Positions 27,598 through 37,552 of a stretch of 57,287 bases of DNA are shown in pieces. The translations under genes were made by a program, and so were the position numbers. The notes under the pieces are model-generated. The model was not told the DNA's origin. It made no database searches and saw nothing but the letters and a program-made list of their open reading frames with translations. Origin of the DNA: an uncultured Verrucomicrobiota bacterium. GTDB lineage: Bacteria > Verrucomicrobiota > Verrucomicrobiia > Limisphaerales > UBA1096. Each line of letters begins with the position of its first letter. The first letter of the stretch is position 1. The stretch lies in contig CAJWEP010000002.1 in assembly GCA_913030945.1 (NCBI GenBank), positions 1 to 57,287 of the forward strand. The letters run 5' to 3'.

Positions 27598-27698
27598 TCA
27601 AAAAAGGCATTATCGTCTGACGCGCCAAAATGTCAGGGAAAAACCGGCGTACAGCTTCCGCGGTCGATTCCGCGCCCGGCCTGCTGTAGAGTGGCGGC

Positions 27699-27905
27699 AT
27701 GTCACAGGACGAACGACTGGTCAATATCGAGTCCGACCTGACCCACTTGGAGCAACTGGTGGAGTCGCTCAACCAAACTGTCATTGAACAGGATAAGGTC
27801 ATCCAGCAACTACAGGCGCAGGTGCAACGCCTCACCACCGGCTTGGAGTCGAAAGAGATGGAAACAATCAAGGGCAACGTCACCAAGCCGCCCCATTATC
27901 AATAA
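27699..27905 (+). CDS. slyX: SlyX-family coiled-coil protein
   Basis: 68-aa ORF with RLVNIESDLTHLEQLVESLNQTVIEQDKVIQQLQ, typical of SlyX. Confidence 0.7.
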   Translation: MSQDERLVNIESDLTHLEQLVESLNQTVIEQDKVIQQLQAQVQRLTTGLESKEMETIKGNVTKPPHYQ

Positions 27906-28921
27906 GCGCAAACCAGTGGACGAATGTCCTGCTGGCTCGCCGTGCCCGTTGTGCCCAGTTGATGAACCACCACTGAAGCAGCCGCCATCGCGAGCGTCAT
28001 GGCCTCGCTCGTCCCCGCTCCCGCGGCCAGAGCCATCGCCAAATTAGCCATCACGGAATCGCCGGCCCCAACGATGTCAATCTCGCCCCGCAACGGTTGA
28101 CATGGCACATGCTCGGGTGCCTCCCCCGGTCTGGCCCCGGCAATGCCGTCCTCGCTCAGGCTCACGAACACCGCTTGGCCCCGCTCAGCAGCCAAGCGCC
28201 CGATCGCTGCACACAACTCAGCCAAGGGCATATCCGCCGACTCGCCGGTCAGTCCGGTAAACTCCTCCCGATTCATTTTCAGGCCAACGGAGGGGAAATG
28301 GGCCGGCCCACGGCGGCTGTCGGCCAAGATCAGGAGCTCGGGATGATCGTGTCGTATTTGGTTAAGCGCCTCCAGGACACCTCCCGCCAGCACACCGGTG
28401 TCCGCCTCGTCCACCTGCTCAAGCAGCACCATCACATCCACCTGCTTGGCCAAGGCATAGAGCGAACTGGCGATCTGCTCCTGCACCGGCTTCGGTGTGG
28501 GCGACCAGTTTTTGAAATCAAGGCGGTTCAGCTCCTTCGGTGAACGCCCCGACTCCATCACCAGCGGCTTGGTGTAGGAAAAAGTCCGACGCTCACTCGT
28601 CTGAAAAAAATGTCCCAAGTCCACACAGCCCGCTTGGCCAAGCGCGTGCATCAACTCGTATCCCTCGCCATCCTCGCCGGCAAAGCCGACCGGAAACACC
28701 GTTCCCGCGCCAAGCGCCGAGAGGTTGTTGAGGATGGTTCCACAACCGCCGGGCTGCGATCGCACCCGGGCCACGTTGAACACCTCCAGCCCGGTTTCGA
28801 TCGAGGTCTCCGCGCGGGCCGGATCGATCTCAAGATACCGGTCGAGGCAGAAGTCTCCAACCAACGCCACCCGCAGTTCGGAATACCGGCCAGCCAATTC
28901 TGCAAAACGTTCCCCATTCAC
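27899..28921 (-). CDS. PfkB-family carbohydrate kinase (RfaE domain I / ribokinase-like)
   Basis: 340-aa ORF with an N-terminal VALVGDFCLDRY block and a C-terminal DIVGAGDSVMA anion-hole motif. Confidence 0.8.
   Translation of the reverse strand: MNGERFAELAGRYSELRVALVGDFCLDRYLEIDPARAETSIETGLEVFNVARVRSQPGGCGTILNNLSALGAGTVFPVGFAGEDGEGYELMHALGQAGCVDLGHFFQTSERRTFSYTKPLVMESGRSPKELNRLDFKNWSPTPKPVQEQIASSLYALAKQVDVMVLLEQVDEADTGVLAGGVLEALNQIRHDHPELLILADSRRGPAHFPSVGLKMNREEFTGLTGESADMPLAELCAAIGRLAAERGQAVFVSLSEDGIAGARPGEAPEHVPCQPLRGEIDIVGAGDSVMANLAMALAAGAGTSEAMTLAMAAASVVVHQLGTTGTASQQDIRPLVCAY
28631..28644. repeat. perfect 14-bp palindrome CGCTTGGCCAAGCG
   Basis: Exact match inside the PfkB kinase gene, encoding ALGQA. 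Confidence 0.95.
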
Positions 28922-30033
28922 AACTCGTTACCGCCACCCAGCGCGCGAGACAGATGCTGCATAAATGCCAGGTTGTCGCATTGCAGGTAATGCATCGTAC
29001 CACCCATACGGGCATACGTTTTGCAGAAACGCAAATAGTATGCCGGGCTGGTGATGGGCGGTTCGCCCTGCGTCCAATCCCAATTGCCGCCATCCTGCAG
29101 ATCGACAATGTACATGGAGTGATCACTCACGATCGGCTGCCCCTCCTGCAGGCGAATGTGGTTCACGCAGCTCAGCGCCTTCTCAAATACCTGCGGCCCC
29201 ATGATGGCCGAGCCAACCGACAACACCACGCCGCCGTCGAGCTGCTCGAGCGTCCCGGCGAATAGTTGAAAATCGACCTGCGCCGCTCGGCCGATCGCCG
29301 CTCCATTGAACATCGGGTGGTTCGAAATAATGTCGTACCCAATCCCGGGATGCACCGTCAACGGCACCCCGTGACTGTAGGCCGAAGCCACGACCGAAGC
29401 CTGCTTCCAGCGATGCTCCAGTTCGCACCGCCCTTCCGGCATAGAGCCGTCGCGCATAGCGTGGAGCAACTCCGCCCGCGCCGCCGTCAACTCGTGCGCC
29501 GGCTCTGCCGCGATCAGATCGGCCAACTCTCCCACCGCCGGAAGATCCACTCCGTCTCCATCGATCAACCGCCCAAGCGCCTCCCCGTAGCCCAGCCCCT
29601 CAATCCCGCCGGCGAGCAGCGCCAAGTGAATGTTGCGTCCGGTCTCCTCCCACGTGCCAAACGTACCGGTGGCGACATTCGAGCGGACACACTCGGTCGA
29701 ACGGCCCAGCCAGGCATACTCCCAGTCATGAATCGTCCCTGCCCCGTTGGTGGCCAGGTGCGTCAGCCATCCGTCGACGATCAGGTTGTCGAGAATCAGC
29801 GCGGCGCCGTTTTTGATCAGGTGCGCCCCGTAGATCAGCATCACGGCCTTGCCGTTGGCCTTGGCGTTGCGAATGCGCCCGGCGCAATCCTCCACCTGGC
29901 TCATTAGCGCGTCGCTGATCGCCGCCGGTTCAGCCCCGATCGGCACCAGCGTCTCCTCGACCGTGCTCAGGCTGTTGCGCTTGGCCAAGGGCAGTGGCTT
30001 GATTTTCCGGAGGTCAATTTTGTTACCGATCAT
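28918..30033 (-). CDS. conserved protein of unknown function (possibly deoxyhypusine-synthase-like Rossmann fold)
   Basis: 371-aa ORF with 4-nt overlaps to both neighbours. The blocks YGAHLIKNG, ATNGAGTIHDWEYAW, HPGIGYDI and SVGSAIMGPQVFEKAL could not be assigned to a characterised family. Confidence 0.65.
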   Translation of the reverse strand: MIGNKIDLRKIKPLPLAKRNSLSTVEETLVPIGAEPAAISDALMSQVEDCAGRIRNAKANGKAVMLIYGAHLIKNGAALILDNLIVDGWLTHLATNGAGTIHDWEYAWLGRSTECVRSNVATGTFGTWEETGRNIHLALLAGGIEGLGYGEALGRLIDGDGVDLPAVGELADLIAAEPAHELTAARAELLHAMRDGSMPEGRCELEHRWKQASVVASAYSHGVPLTVHPGIGYDIISNHPMFNGAAIGRAAQVDFQLFAGTLEQLDGGVVLSVGSAIMGPQVFEKALSCVNHIRLQEGQPIVSDHSMYIVDLQDGGNWDWTQGEPPITSPAYYLRFCKTYARMGGTMHYLQCDNLAFMQHLSRALGGGNEL

Positions 30034-30896
30034 TTTCCCTCAATTATGTCCAGCAACACGGCGGCGTCGCGGTAATCCGGCACGACAATGTCGGCGCCGA
30101 CGCCGAGCAGGCGTTCGCGTTTCCACTTGTCAAATCGCCCCGCCCCGTTGTTGGCTTCGTCGCTGGCCACCGCCACAGCAAGGCCGCCGGCATTTTTCCC
30201 GTCCTCGATCTCCACATATCCGTCACCAATCACCAGCAACCGATCTCCCTTCACCTCGTTCTCCCGGAGAATGCGCTCGATCACCTGTTTTTTGGAGAAG
30301 CTTTTGTAGTCGTCCTGCGCCCCGTAAATATGCCCACCAAAATACCGGCTAAGCCCGAGCAACCCGGCCTCTCGCTTGACAAACGACTCATCCGTCCCGC
30401 TGGCCAGATAAAGGTTCCACCCGCGCGCCTCCAGGCAGTCGAGGAGCGAAATTGACCCGTGCAGCAGAAACTCCCCCGGCTCTGCATCGCCGTCGGCCAA
30501 GCGGTTGACGCGGGAATGAATCCGCGTCTCGAGCCTCCGCAGGTACTCATGCTTGTACTCCAGCGGATCCCGCGCCACGCCGCCTCGCTCGGTGACGCGC
30601 TCGGCGAACTTCATCATTTGAAAGATCGTCTGCCTGCCGTTGAGCGTCATGATGTCGTCCAACAGCATCGCACGCACTTTGTCCGGCTCATCCCCGTCAA
30701 CCGGTGGCAGCAGTTCCTCAAACATCGGCAGCATTACCTCCGGCCAGCCCTCGCGGATCAGCGACAGGGTGCCGTCGAAATCGAACACCACATGTTGAAT
30801 GGTCGGGCGGGGAGCAAAGTGGCCGGCAAACTCCACCTTGCCTGTGAATCGCGCGCCCAGGCTTTCGTGCAGGGTTAAAGAGGAGGTCTCAGTCAT
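30030..30896 (-). CDS. HAD-superfamily hydrolase/phosphatase
   Basis: Contains DFDGTLS (motif I) and LVIGDGYVEIEDG (motif IV). The start was trimmed to MTETSS at 30896. Confidence 0.75.
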   Translation of the reverse strand: MTETSSLTLHESLGARFTGKVEFAGHFAPRPTIQHVVFDFDGTLSLIREGWPEVMLPMFEELLPPVDGDEPDKVRAMLLDDIMTLNGRQTIFQMMKFAERVTERGGVARDPLEYKHEYLRRLETRIHSRVNRLADGDAEPGEFLLHGSISLLDCLEARGWNLYLASGTDESFVKREAGLLGLSRYFGGHIYGAQDDYKSFSKKQVIERILRENEVKGDRLLVIGDGYVEIEDGKNAGGLAVAVASDEANNGAGRFDKWKRERLLGVGADIVVPDYRDAAVLLDIIEGK

Positions 30897-31038
30897 AAAA
30901 CAGCGCTTACCCAAGGTAGCCGTCGGCCTCCGCTCGGAGAAGCAGAAACTCCCGTTCCCCTTGGCCAAGCGCCCAAAAATACTTGCAGTCCGGCCTGGCG
31001 ATGGGTTTACTGTTCCCCCGCTTTTGGCGCGCAAACTC

Positions 31039-32970
31039 ATGGCAACGGAAAAAAAAGAATTCAAGACCGAGGTCCAGCAACTGCTCGACCTAGTGATACA
31101 CTCGCTCTACTCGAACAAGGACATTTTCCTGCGGGAGCTCATCAGCAACGGATCGGATGCGATCGACCGACTACGCTTCAAGGCCCTGTCCGACAAGGAA
31201 CTCATCAAGGATGATCCGGAGTTCCGGATCAAGCTCCATGTGGACAACGAGGGCAAGACGCTGCGCATCGAGGACAATGGAATCGGCATGACCCGCGACG
31301 AACTCGAGGTGAACATTGGCACCATCGCCCGGTCCGGCACACGGCAGTTCATGGAGGAATTAAAAAAGAGCAAGGCTGCCGACAACCCGGAATTGATCGG
31401 CCAGTTCGGCGTCGGTTTCTACTCGGCCTTCATGGTCGCCGACAAGGTCACCCTCAAGACCCGCTCAGCTGGGAGCGACGAGTCGTGGACGTGGGAATCG
31501 AGCGGCGACGGAAGCTATGAACTCTCCGACGGTGACCGTGACAAGCGCGGCACCGAGATCACACTGCACCTCAACGAGAACAGCCGGGATTACATCGTCG
31601 AGTTTCGGCTCCGCCAGATCGTCAAGAAATATTCCGACTTCGTCGAGTACCCGATCTTGATGGACATCATCCGCGACGAGACCCCGAAGGACGACGAGGG
31701 CAAGCCGAAGGAGGGCGCGGAAAAACAAACCACCGTCACCGAGGAAACGCTCAACTCGATGAAGGCGATCTGGATGCGCCCAAAGAGCGAGGTAAAGAAG
31801 GAGGAGTACAACGAGTTTTACAAGCACGTCTCCCACGACTACACCGACCCGCTCAGGACCATCCACTACTCCGCCGAGGGGAAGATCGAGTTCAAGGCGC
31901 TGCTCTACCTGCCATCCAAGGCACCGTTTGACATGTTCCAGCAGGAGGGCCCCAAGCACGGCATCCACCTTTACGTGAAGCGTATCTTCATCATGGACAA
32001 CTGCGAGGCGCTGCTGCCGCGCTACCTGCGTTTCGCCAAGGGCGTCGTCGAGTCCAACGACCTGCCGCTCAATGTCTCCCGCGAAATCCTGCAGGAGGAT
32101 GCGATCATCAAGAAGATCGAGAAAAGCGTCACCACCAAGATCCTCTCTGAGCTGAAGTCCATGATGAAAAAATCGGGAGAGGATTACCTCACCTTCTACC
32201 GGGAGTTCGGCAAGGTGCTTAAGGAGGGCATCGAGGTCGACCCGACCAACAAGGACAAAATCAAGGAACTCCTGCTGTTCGAGAGCAGCAGAACCGAGCC
32301 GGGCAAATACGTGTCGCTCAAGGAATACACCGAGCGCATGGTGCTGGATCAAAAGGAAATCTACTACATCACCGGCACCTCACGCGCCTCAGTCGAAAAC
32401 TCGCCACACCTCGAGGTTTTCAAAAAGAAGGAGATCGAGGTGCTGTTCATGGTCGAGCCGGTCGATGAGTTCATTCTGGCCGGTTTCGGCGAGTACGACG
32501 AAAAGAAACTCAAATCCATCGCCCAAGGTGACATCGACCTTGGCAGCGAGGAGGAAAAGAAACTCGCCGACGAGCAGAAAAAGGAGGCCTCCGGCAAATT
32601 CAAGAAACTCATCAAGAAGGTGCAGGACAGCCTCAAGGACGACGTGAAGGAAGTGCGCCTCTCCGACCGGTTGACCGACAGCGCCAGCTGCCTCGTCACC
32701 GACGAGGGCGACATGAATCCGCAGATGGAGCGCATCTTCGCCGCCATGAACCAGCCGATGCCGGAGACCAAGCGCATCCTTGAGTTGAACCCCAACCATC
32801 CGGTCATCGAGACGATGAACGACCTATTCACTGCCGACAAAAAAGACCCGAAGATCGCCGACTACTCTGAACTGCTCTATGACCAGGCGCTGCTGACCGA
32901 AGGCATCGCCGTCAAAAACCCCGCCAGATTCGCCCAACTAATCTCCGCCCTGATGGTCCAAGCCAAGTAA
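31039..32970 (+). CDS. htpG: molecular chaperone HtpG (Hsp90)
   Basis: Starts MATEKKEFKTEVQQLLDLVIHSLYSNKDIFLRELISNGSDA and contains GQFGVGFYS. The start was trimmed from the 30799 ORF start. Confidence 0.95.
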   Translation: MATEKKEFKTEVQQLLDLVIHSLYSNKDIFLRELISNGSDAIDRLRFKALSDKELIKDDPEFRIKLHVDNEGKTLRIEDNGIGMTRDELEVNIGTIARSGTRQFMEELKKSKAADNPELIGQFGVGFYSAFMVADKVTLKTRSAGSDESWTWESSGDGSYELSDGDRDKRGTEITLHLNENSRDYIVEFRLRQIVKKYSDFVEYPILMDIIRDETPKDDEGKPKEGAEKQTTVTEETLNSMKAIWMRPKSEVKKEEYNEFYKHVSHDYTDPLRTIHYSAEGKIEFKALLYLPSKAPFDMFQQEGPKHGIHLYVKRIFIMDNCEALLPRYLRFAKGVVESNDLPLNVSREILQEDAIIKKIEKSVTTKILSELKSMMKKSGEDYLTFYREFGKVLKEGIEVDPTNKDKIKELLLFESSRTEPGKYVSLKEYTERMVLDQKEIYYITGTSRASVENSPHLEVFKKKEIEVLFMVEPVDEFILAGFGEYDEKKLKSIAQGDIDLGSEEEKKLADEQKKEASGKFKKLIKKVQDSLKDDVKEVRLSDRLTDSASCLVTDEGDMNPQMERIFAAMNQPMPETKRILELNPNHPVIETMNDLFTADKKDPKIADYSELLYDQALLTEGIAVKNPARFAQLISALMVQAK

Positions 32971-32984
32971 TCCTGCTTGGTTAG

Positions 32985-34523
32985 TTACGGCCTCGGGAAA
33001 GAGCGCATTCGACTGTAGCGTTTGTAGGTTTCCCAGATGTCGCCTTGGTCAAGCGCGCGGGGGTCGCCTGTTTCTTTCAGGTAAGCGTCCATTTGGTCGC
33101 GATACGTTTGGGTGGTTTTGTAGTGGGCCGGATCGAGGGCGAGGTTTTTCAGGCAGGCCGGGTCACTGGTAATGTCGTACAACTCCTCGCCGGGCCGCTT
33201 GTCCACGGACCAGTGAAAGTACCGCGCAACGGCAGGCTGGGTCCGGTTCTCGATTAAAAACGTGAGCGACGGGCAGGCGTCGATGTCGTGATAGCCGCCG
33301 TGCATCGGGCCGAGTTTGCCAGAGGCGTCGAACTTTTGTGGATCGCCGGCTGGCCAGCGGTCCGGCTTGAAGTTGCGAATGTAAATGTACCGATCAGTTC
33401 GCAGGCATCGCTGCGGGTAGGTCATGTTGTTGTGGCGGGAGGAGGAGTGACGTTCGCGGCCGCTGAACACATGGGTTCGCTGCGGTTCCACCCGACCAGA
33501 TTTCCCCGACTCGAGCAACGCAACCAAACTGCGCCCGACCGGCGCCAGCCCCTCTTGGCCAAGCGCCGGGTGTGTCACGCCGGCCGCCTCGAGGATGGTC
33601 GCCGTGAGATCGACGAAACCCACCGGGTCGGTCACCTCGCGTCCGCCCCTGGCCCGGCTTGGCCACATGATCGCCAGCGGCACGTGCACGCCAAACTCGA
33701 AGCAGTTGGCCTTGGCCCGGGGGAACGCCATGCCGTTGTCCGAGGTGACGATAACCAGCGTGTTGTCCAGTTCGCCAAGTTCGTCGAGCCTGACCAAGGC
33801 CCGGCCGAGGTGCGAGTCGAACCACTCGATTTCGGCGTAGTAGTCGAGGATGTCGCTGCGAATTTCCGGCGTGTCCGGCAGGAAGGCCGGCACTTCCGCA
33901 TCCTCAAGTTTCTTGCCCTGCTTGAGGCCGATGCCTTTCTCGAAAACCCGGTGCGGTTCGTGTCCGCCAAGCCAGAAACAAAACGGCTGGCCGTCGGAAC
34001 GTTTTTTCAGGAAGTCGTCAAAGTTTGCCGCATAGTCGGTGGAGGAAATGCCCTTGATGTGGGAGTTCTTTTTCTTGGACGAAAAGCCGGGACCGGCCGG
34101 GTTCTGCTTAAAGCCGCCATCCCTGTAATTGCCCGGCCCCCACCCCTTGCCAGTGTAGCCGACCCAGTAGCCGGCCTTTTCGAGCAGGCCGGGGAAGGTC
34201 TCGTACTTCGAGTCGAACTTGCTGGCGTGCGTGCCGGCGTGCTCGATCATCCAGTGATAACGACCGGTCAGCACCGACGCCCGGCTTGGACTGCACCCCG
34301 GCGATCCGGCGATGCAGGTGCGGAACAACACGCCGCTCTTGGCCACATGATCGAAGGAGGGGGTGCGTATGCCCCGGCAAGCGTAGGCCGACGCATGTGG
34401 GTATGATTGGTCGTCCGAGATCGCGAAGAGAATGTTCGGCCGCTTGGCCATGGGCTGGGCATCGGCCAAAAAAAAGCCCGCGACAAACGTGCAGGCAAAG
34501 AGAACTCGAGATGAGAGTTTCAT
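32985..34523 (-). CDS. sulfatase (formylglycine-dependent, arylsulfatase A family), secreted
   Basis: Signal peptide, PNILFAISDDQ and the CSPSRASVLTGR sulfatase signature. Confidence 0.85.
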   Translation of the reverse strand: MKLSSRVLFACTFVAGFFLADAQPMAKRPNILFAISDDQSYPHASAYACRGIRTPSFDHVAKSGVLFRTCIAGSPGCSPSRASVLTGRYHWMIEHAGTHASKFDSKYETFPGLLEKAGYWVGYTGKGWGPGNYRDGGFKQNPAGPGFSSKKKNSHIKGISSTDYAANFDDFLKKRSDGQPFCFWLGGHEPHRVFEKGIGLKQGKKLEDAEVPAFLPDTPEIRSDILDYYAEIEWFDSHLGRALVRLDELGELDNTLVIVTSDNGMAFPRAKANCFEFGVHVPLAIMWPSRARGGREVTDPVGFVDLTATILEAAGVTHPALGQEGLAPVGRSLVALLESGKSGRVEPQRTHVFSGRERHSSSRHNNMTYPQRCLRTDRYIYIRNFKPDRWPAGDPQKFDASGKLGPMHGGYHDIDACPSLTFLIENRTQPAVARYFHWSVDKRPGEELYDITSDPACLKNLALDPAHYKTTQTYRDQMDAYLKETGDPRALDQGDIWETYKRYSRMRSFPRP

Positions 34524-34532
34524 TTCAAAAAT

Positions 34533-35267
34533 TCATTCAAGGCCAAGGACATTTTCCATGCTGTAGAGCCCTGGCTCGCGGGAACTGGACCAGATGGCGG
34601 CACGCAGCGCGCCGTTGGCAAACGTGTCGCGGCTGGCTGCCCTGTGCGTCAACTCAAGCCGCTCGCCGTTTCCGGCGTACACCACGGTGTGGTCACCGAC
34701 CACGTCACCACCCCGCAGTGAGTGCATCCCGATCTCGGAATCTGTCCGCTCACCGACGATGCCTTCGCGGCCGTGACGTAGTTCTTTCTCGAGAGACACC
34801 TTTCGAACCTCTGCCAAAATCTCGGCGAGCGTGGCGGCGGTACCACTGGGCGCGTCGCGCTTGAGGCGGTGATGCATCTCAACGACTTCGAGGTCGAAGT
34901 CCGCTCCCAACACCTCGGTCGCCTTTCGTGTGAGCCAAAACAGGGTATTGACCCCGGTGGAATAGTTGGACGCCCACACGATGGGGATCTCAGATTGCAG
35001 CTTCAGCACGGCCGCCTTGTCTTCTTCGGTGTGGCCGGTGGTGCCGATGACCAACGCCTTTTTGTGCGCGGCACAAAGCTCGGCCGTGGGCCGCGTGACC
35101 TCGTGAAAGCTGAAGTCGATCACCACATCCGTCTGCTCGATCATTCCGGCCAAGTCGTCGTCGATGTCAATCCCGGCGACAATCTCGATGTCGGGATTAG
35201 CCTCGCCGCAGCAGAGCAGCGTTTCACCCATTCGGCCCTTCGACCCATTGATGATCACCTTGGTCAT
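34533..35267 (-). CDS. dapB: 4-hydroxy-tetrahydrodipicolinate reductase
   Basis: Contains the MTKVIINGSKGRMG dinucleotide-binding N-terminus and EMHHRLKRDAPSGTA. The start was trimmed to 35267, 5 nt after the dapA stop. Confidence 0.9.
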   Translation of the reverse strand: MTKVIINGSKGRMGETLLCCGEANPDIEIVAGIDIDDDLAGMIEQTDVVIDFSFHEVTRPTAELCAAHKKALVIGTTGHTEEDKAAVLKLQSEIPIVWASNYSTGVNTLFWLTRKATEVLGADFDLEVVEMHHRLKRDAPSGTAATLAEILAEVRKVSLEKELRHGREGIVGERTDSEIGMHSLRGGDVVGDHTVVYAGNGERLELTHRAASRDTFANGALRAAIWSSSREPGLYSMENVLGLE

Positions 35268-35272
35268 CGCGG

Positions 35273-36160
35273 TTATTTTTTTAGCACGCCACAGGCTTTG
35301 AGTGTCTTGGCCAATTGCGCCCGGTTGGATGCCGACATTTTGCAGAGCGGCAGGCGGTACTCCTCCGTGCATTTGCCCTGCATGGCCAGGGCTGCTTTCG
35401 CTGGCACGGGGTTCGTCTCGATGAACAAATCCTTGAACATCGGGTAATATTTCTGGTGCAGCCTGAGTGCCGCAGCCGAATTGCCGGTGGCAAATGCATT
35501 GACCATCTTCGCAATTTGCCGCGGGATGATGTTCGAGGCCACACTGATGACGCCCTCAGCACCGACGGCCATGAACGGGAGCGTCAGCGCGTCGTCGCCG
35601 CTCAGGATGGTAAACCGTTGGCCAAGCGCGGCGCGGAGCCGGCTCACGCGATCAGCATCGCCACCGGCCTCCTTGATGCCAACGATGTTTTTGCAAGCCT
35701 TGGCCAGGCGCTGCACGGTTGGCACCTCGATGGCGATGTTGCAACGGCCGGGGATGCTGTAAAGGATGATCGGCAGCCTGGTTGCGCGGGCGATCTTTTT
35801 GAAATGCTGGAACAGGCCCTCCTGCGAGGGCTTATTGTAGTAGGGCGCCACCTGTAACGATCCATCGACCCCGGCCGCCTCGGCAGCTCGGGTGAGGTGG
35901 ATCGCCTCTGTGGTGGAGTTGGCGCCGGTGCCGGCGAGTATCTTAACCCTGCCCTTGGCTGCCTGCACGGCGAGTTCGATGACCCAGATGTGCTCGTCAA
36001 AGCCAAGCGAGGGTGATTCGCCGGTGGTGCCCACTGGCACGATCCCATCCACTCCCCCGCGGACTTGATCGTAGATCAATTTTTTGTATGCCCCTTCATC
36101 GACTCGCCCCTTGTGGAACGGCGTAACCAGGGCGGTGTAGGTTCCTGCAAACATCGTCAA
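35273..36160 (-). CDS. dapA: 4-hydroxy-tetrahydrodipicolinate synthase
   Basis: 295-aa ORF with the GTTGESP and YNKP blocks. Confidence 0.9.
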   Translation of the reverse strand: MTMFAGTYTALVTPFHKGRVDEGAYKKLIYDQVRGGVDGIVPVGTTGESPSLGFDEHIWVIELAVQAAKGRVKILAGTGANSTTEAIHLTRAAEAAGVDGSLQVAPYYNKPSQEGLFQHFKKIARATRLPIILYSIPGRCNIAIEVPTVQRLAKACKNIVGIKEAGGDADRVSRLRAALGQRFTILSGDDALTLPFMAVGAEGVISVASNIIPRQIAKMVNAFATGNSAAALRLHQKYYPMFKDLFIETNPVPAKAALAMQGKCTEEYRLPLCKMSASNRAQLAKTLKACGVLKK

Positions 36161-36217
36161 AATGCGCGGTGAGAGTCAGGGGAAACGCGCCGTTTGACCA
36201 GCAAGATTTTGGGGGAG

Positions 36218-36643
36218 TCAGGGATTGAGCGCCTTGGGCATCAGATCGATGCCTTTAGACTTGGCCATTTGACCGTAGGCATCGTCGCACTTGGGGCAAG
36301 AGGGAGAGCCGAACTCATCGTATTTTGGAAAAAGATGCAGGATGAAAACAGATCCGCAGGTTTCACACTCGTTGACAGGGTGAGCAGGTCCTTTCTTACA
36401 AAGTACACAGTACAAAACAGAATCGCTCATCGCCCCTGGATATTGCCTCCAATTGGTTGGGTAGTCATCCCGATATGCCGATAAATCCTCAGTCTGTTTA
36501 CATGAAAGGCAGTAATAACCAAGCTTTACCTGTGAGAGTGTCATGTTGGTGTTCCAAGACCAAACCAATAGCCCCACAGCTCCCAATGCGGCGACAATGA
36601 TTCCTATCTGCTTTAGTGAACTTTTGGACTCTTTCTCGCTCAT
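36218..36643 (-). CDS. hypothetical membrane-anchored protein with four CxxC pairs (double zinc ribbon)
   Basis: 141-aa ORF with one TM helix, then CLSC, CVLC, CETC and CPKC. It overlaps the stop of the pseudopilin-like gene by 4 nt. Confidence 0.55.
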   Translation of the reverse strand: MSEKESKSSLKQIGIIVAALGAVGLLVWSWNTNMTLSQVKLGYYCLSCKQTEDLSAYRDDYPTNWRQYPGAMSDSVLYCVLCKKGPAHPVNECETCGSVFILHLFPKYDEFGSPSCPKCDDAYGQMAKSKGIDLMPKALNP

Positions 36644-37488
36644 AGACGAGCGCGGATCGGGTTCGTGATGTCACCCAAATCCTCCTGATAGATGTAGTAT
36701 TGGCGCCCACCGGGGTTCCAACTGTGAATGAAGTACATTTGCGCGAACTTAACCCAACGTACAGACCCGTCGGCGTAGCACTGATTCCCGCCTATCGGTC
36801 TACCTCCACTAGCATGAGCCGGATATCCACCATAAGCCGTGGGACGACCGCCCCCCCAAGTTCCGTCTATCCTTCCAACCAAATCGGCAAGCAGCACCAT
36901 TTGAGGACCATCCTGCCCCGAGTTGACTGGACTGCGGGATCTAAACCTACCAGCGGAATTATTCCACGTGTCAGCACCACCGAAATGCTGAAAGCCAAGG
37001 ATCATTTGGGGATAATTTTTCTCCCAAGCAGGAAACAACGGGTTGGTAGTGTAACCCCTAGGCAACGCACCGGGGTAACGTAATCCAGGACAACCGAATA
37101 CACGATTTAGCTGTAGCGGGGGATACGGCCCGTGCCTGTGGATATATGGGCTAGATCTATCATAATCATTCGGCTTGACGGACGCTAAATTATACTGTGG
37201 CAAAAGTGCGACTTGGGGCACATCTAAACATTTTTGAACAATATTATCATTACCTTCAGGTTGAGCACCTCGACCAGGTAGATATACGCCATCATTATCA
37301 TCTCGGTACATGAAAAGAGCCAAACTTGTCTGCTTCATGTTGTTCGAGCATACCGCCTTTAGCGCAGTTGCCTTGGCATTGGCCAATGCGGGCAGCAGCA
37401 GCGCCGCTAGAATCGCAATTATGGCGATCACCACCAGTAACTCGATCAGGGTAAAACCACTCCGTCGGTATTGTCTTTTTGAGTTCAT
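36640..37488 (-). CDS. prepilin-type N-terminal cleavage/methylation domain protein (DUF1559-like pseudopilin)
   Basis: Contains the [26 protein letters not shown]-terminus and a C-terminal [10 protein letters not shown] block, typical of the PVC-group family. Confidence 0.8.
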   Translation of the reverse strand: MNSKRQYRRSGFTLIELLVVIAIIAILAALLLPALANAKATALKAVCSNNMKQTSLALFMYRDDNDGVYLPGRGAQPEGNDNIVQKCLDVPQVALLPQYNLASVKPNDYDRSSPYIHRHGPYPPLQLNRVFGCPGLRYPGALPRGYTTNPLFPAWEKNYPQMILGFQHFGGADTWNNSAGRFRSRSPVNSGQDGPQMVLLADLVGRIDGTWGGGRPTAYGGYPAHASGGRPIGGNQCYADGSVRWVKFAQMYFIHSWNPGGRQYYIYQEDLGDITNPIRARL

Positions 37489-37552
37489 TGTATAATCAGA
37501 TTTATGTCAGCGCAAATTACCCCTTGGCCAAACGCAATGCAACCCCTCAAAC

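Noticed and set aside
31465-32352. 295-aa ORF on the minus strand
   Set aside because: It is antisense to htpG. The Leu/Val/Asp/Gly/Arg-rich sequence is the mirror image of the Glu/Lys-rich HtpG codons. It is a shadow ORF.
33288-34406. 372-aa ORF on the plus strand
   Set aside because: It is antisense to the sulfatase gene, which carries the CSPSR signature. It is Arg/Gly/Ala/Val-rich and is a shadow ORF.
37489-37552. Sigma-54 promoter (TGGCAC-N5-TTGC) near the pseudopilin-like gene and elsewhere, given the NtrC-type regulator
   Set aside because: The TTGGCCAAGGGGTAATTTGCG stretch here has the wrong GG-to-GC spacing. Other TGGCAC occurrences that I saw (for example near 1347, 16868 and 25150) are inside genes and lack a correctly spaced TTGC. 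No convincing site was found by eye.
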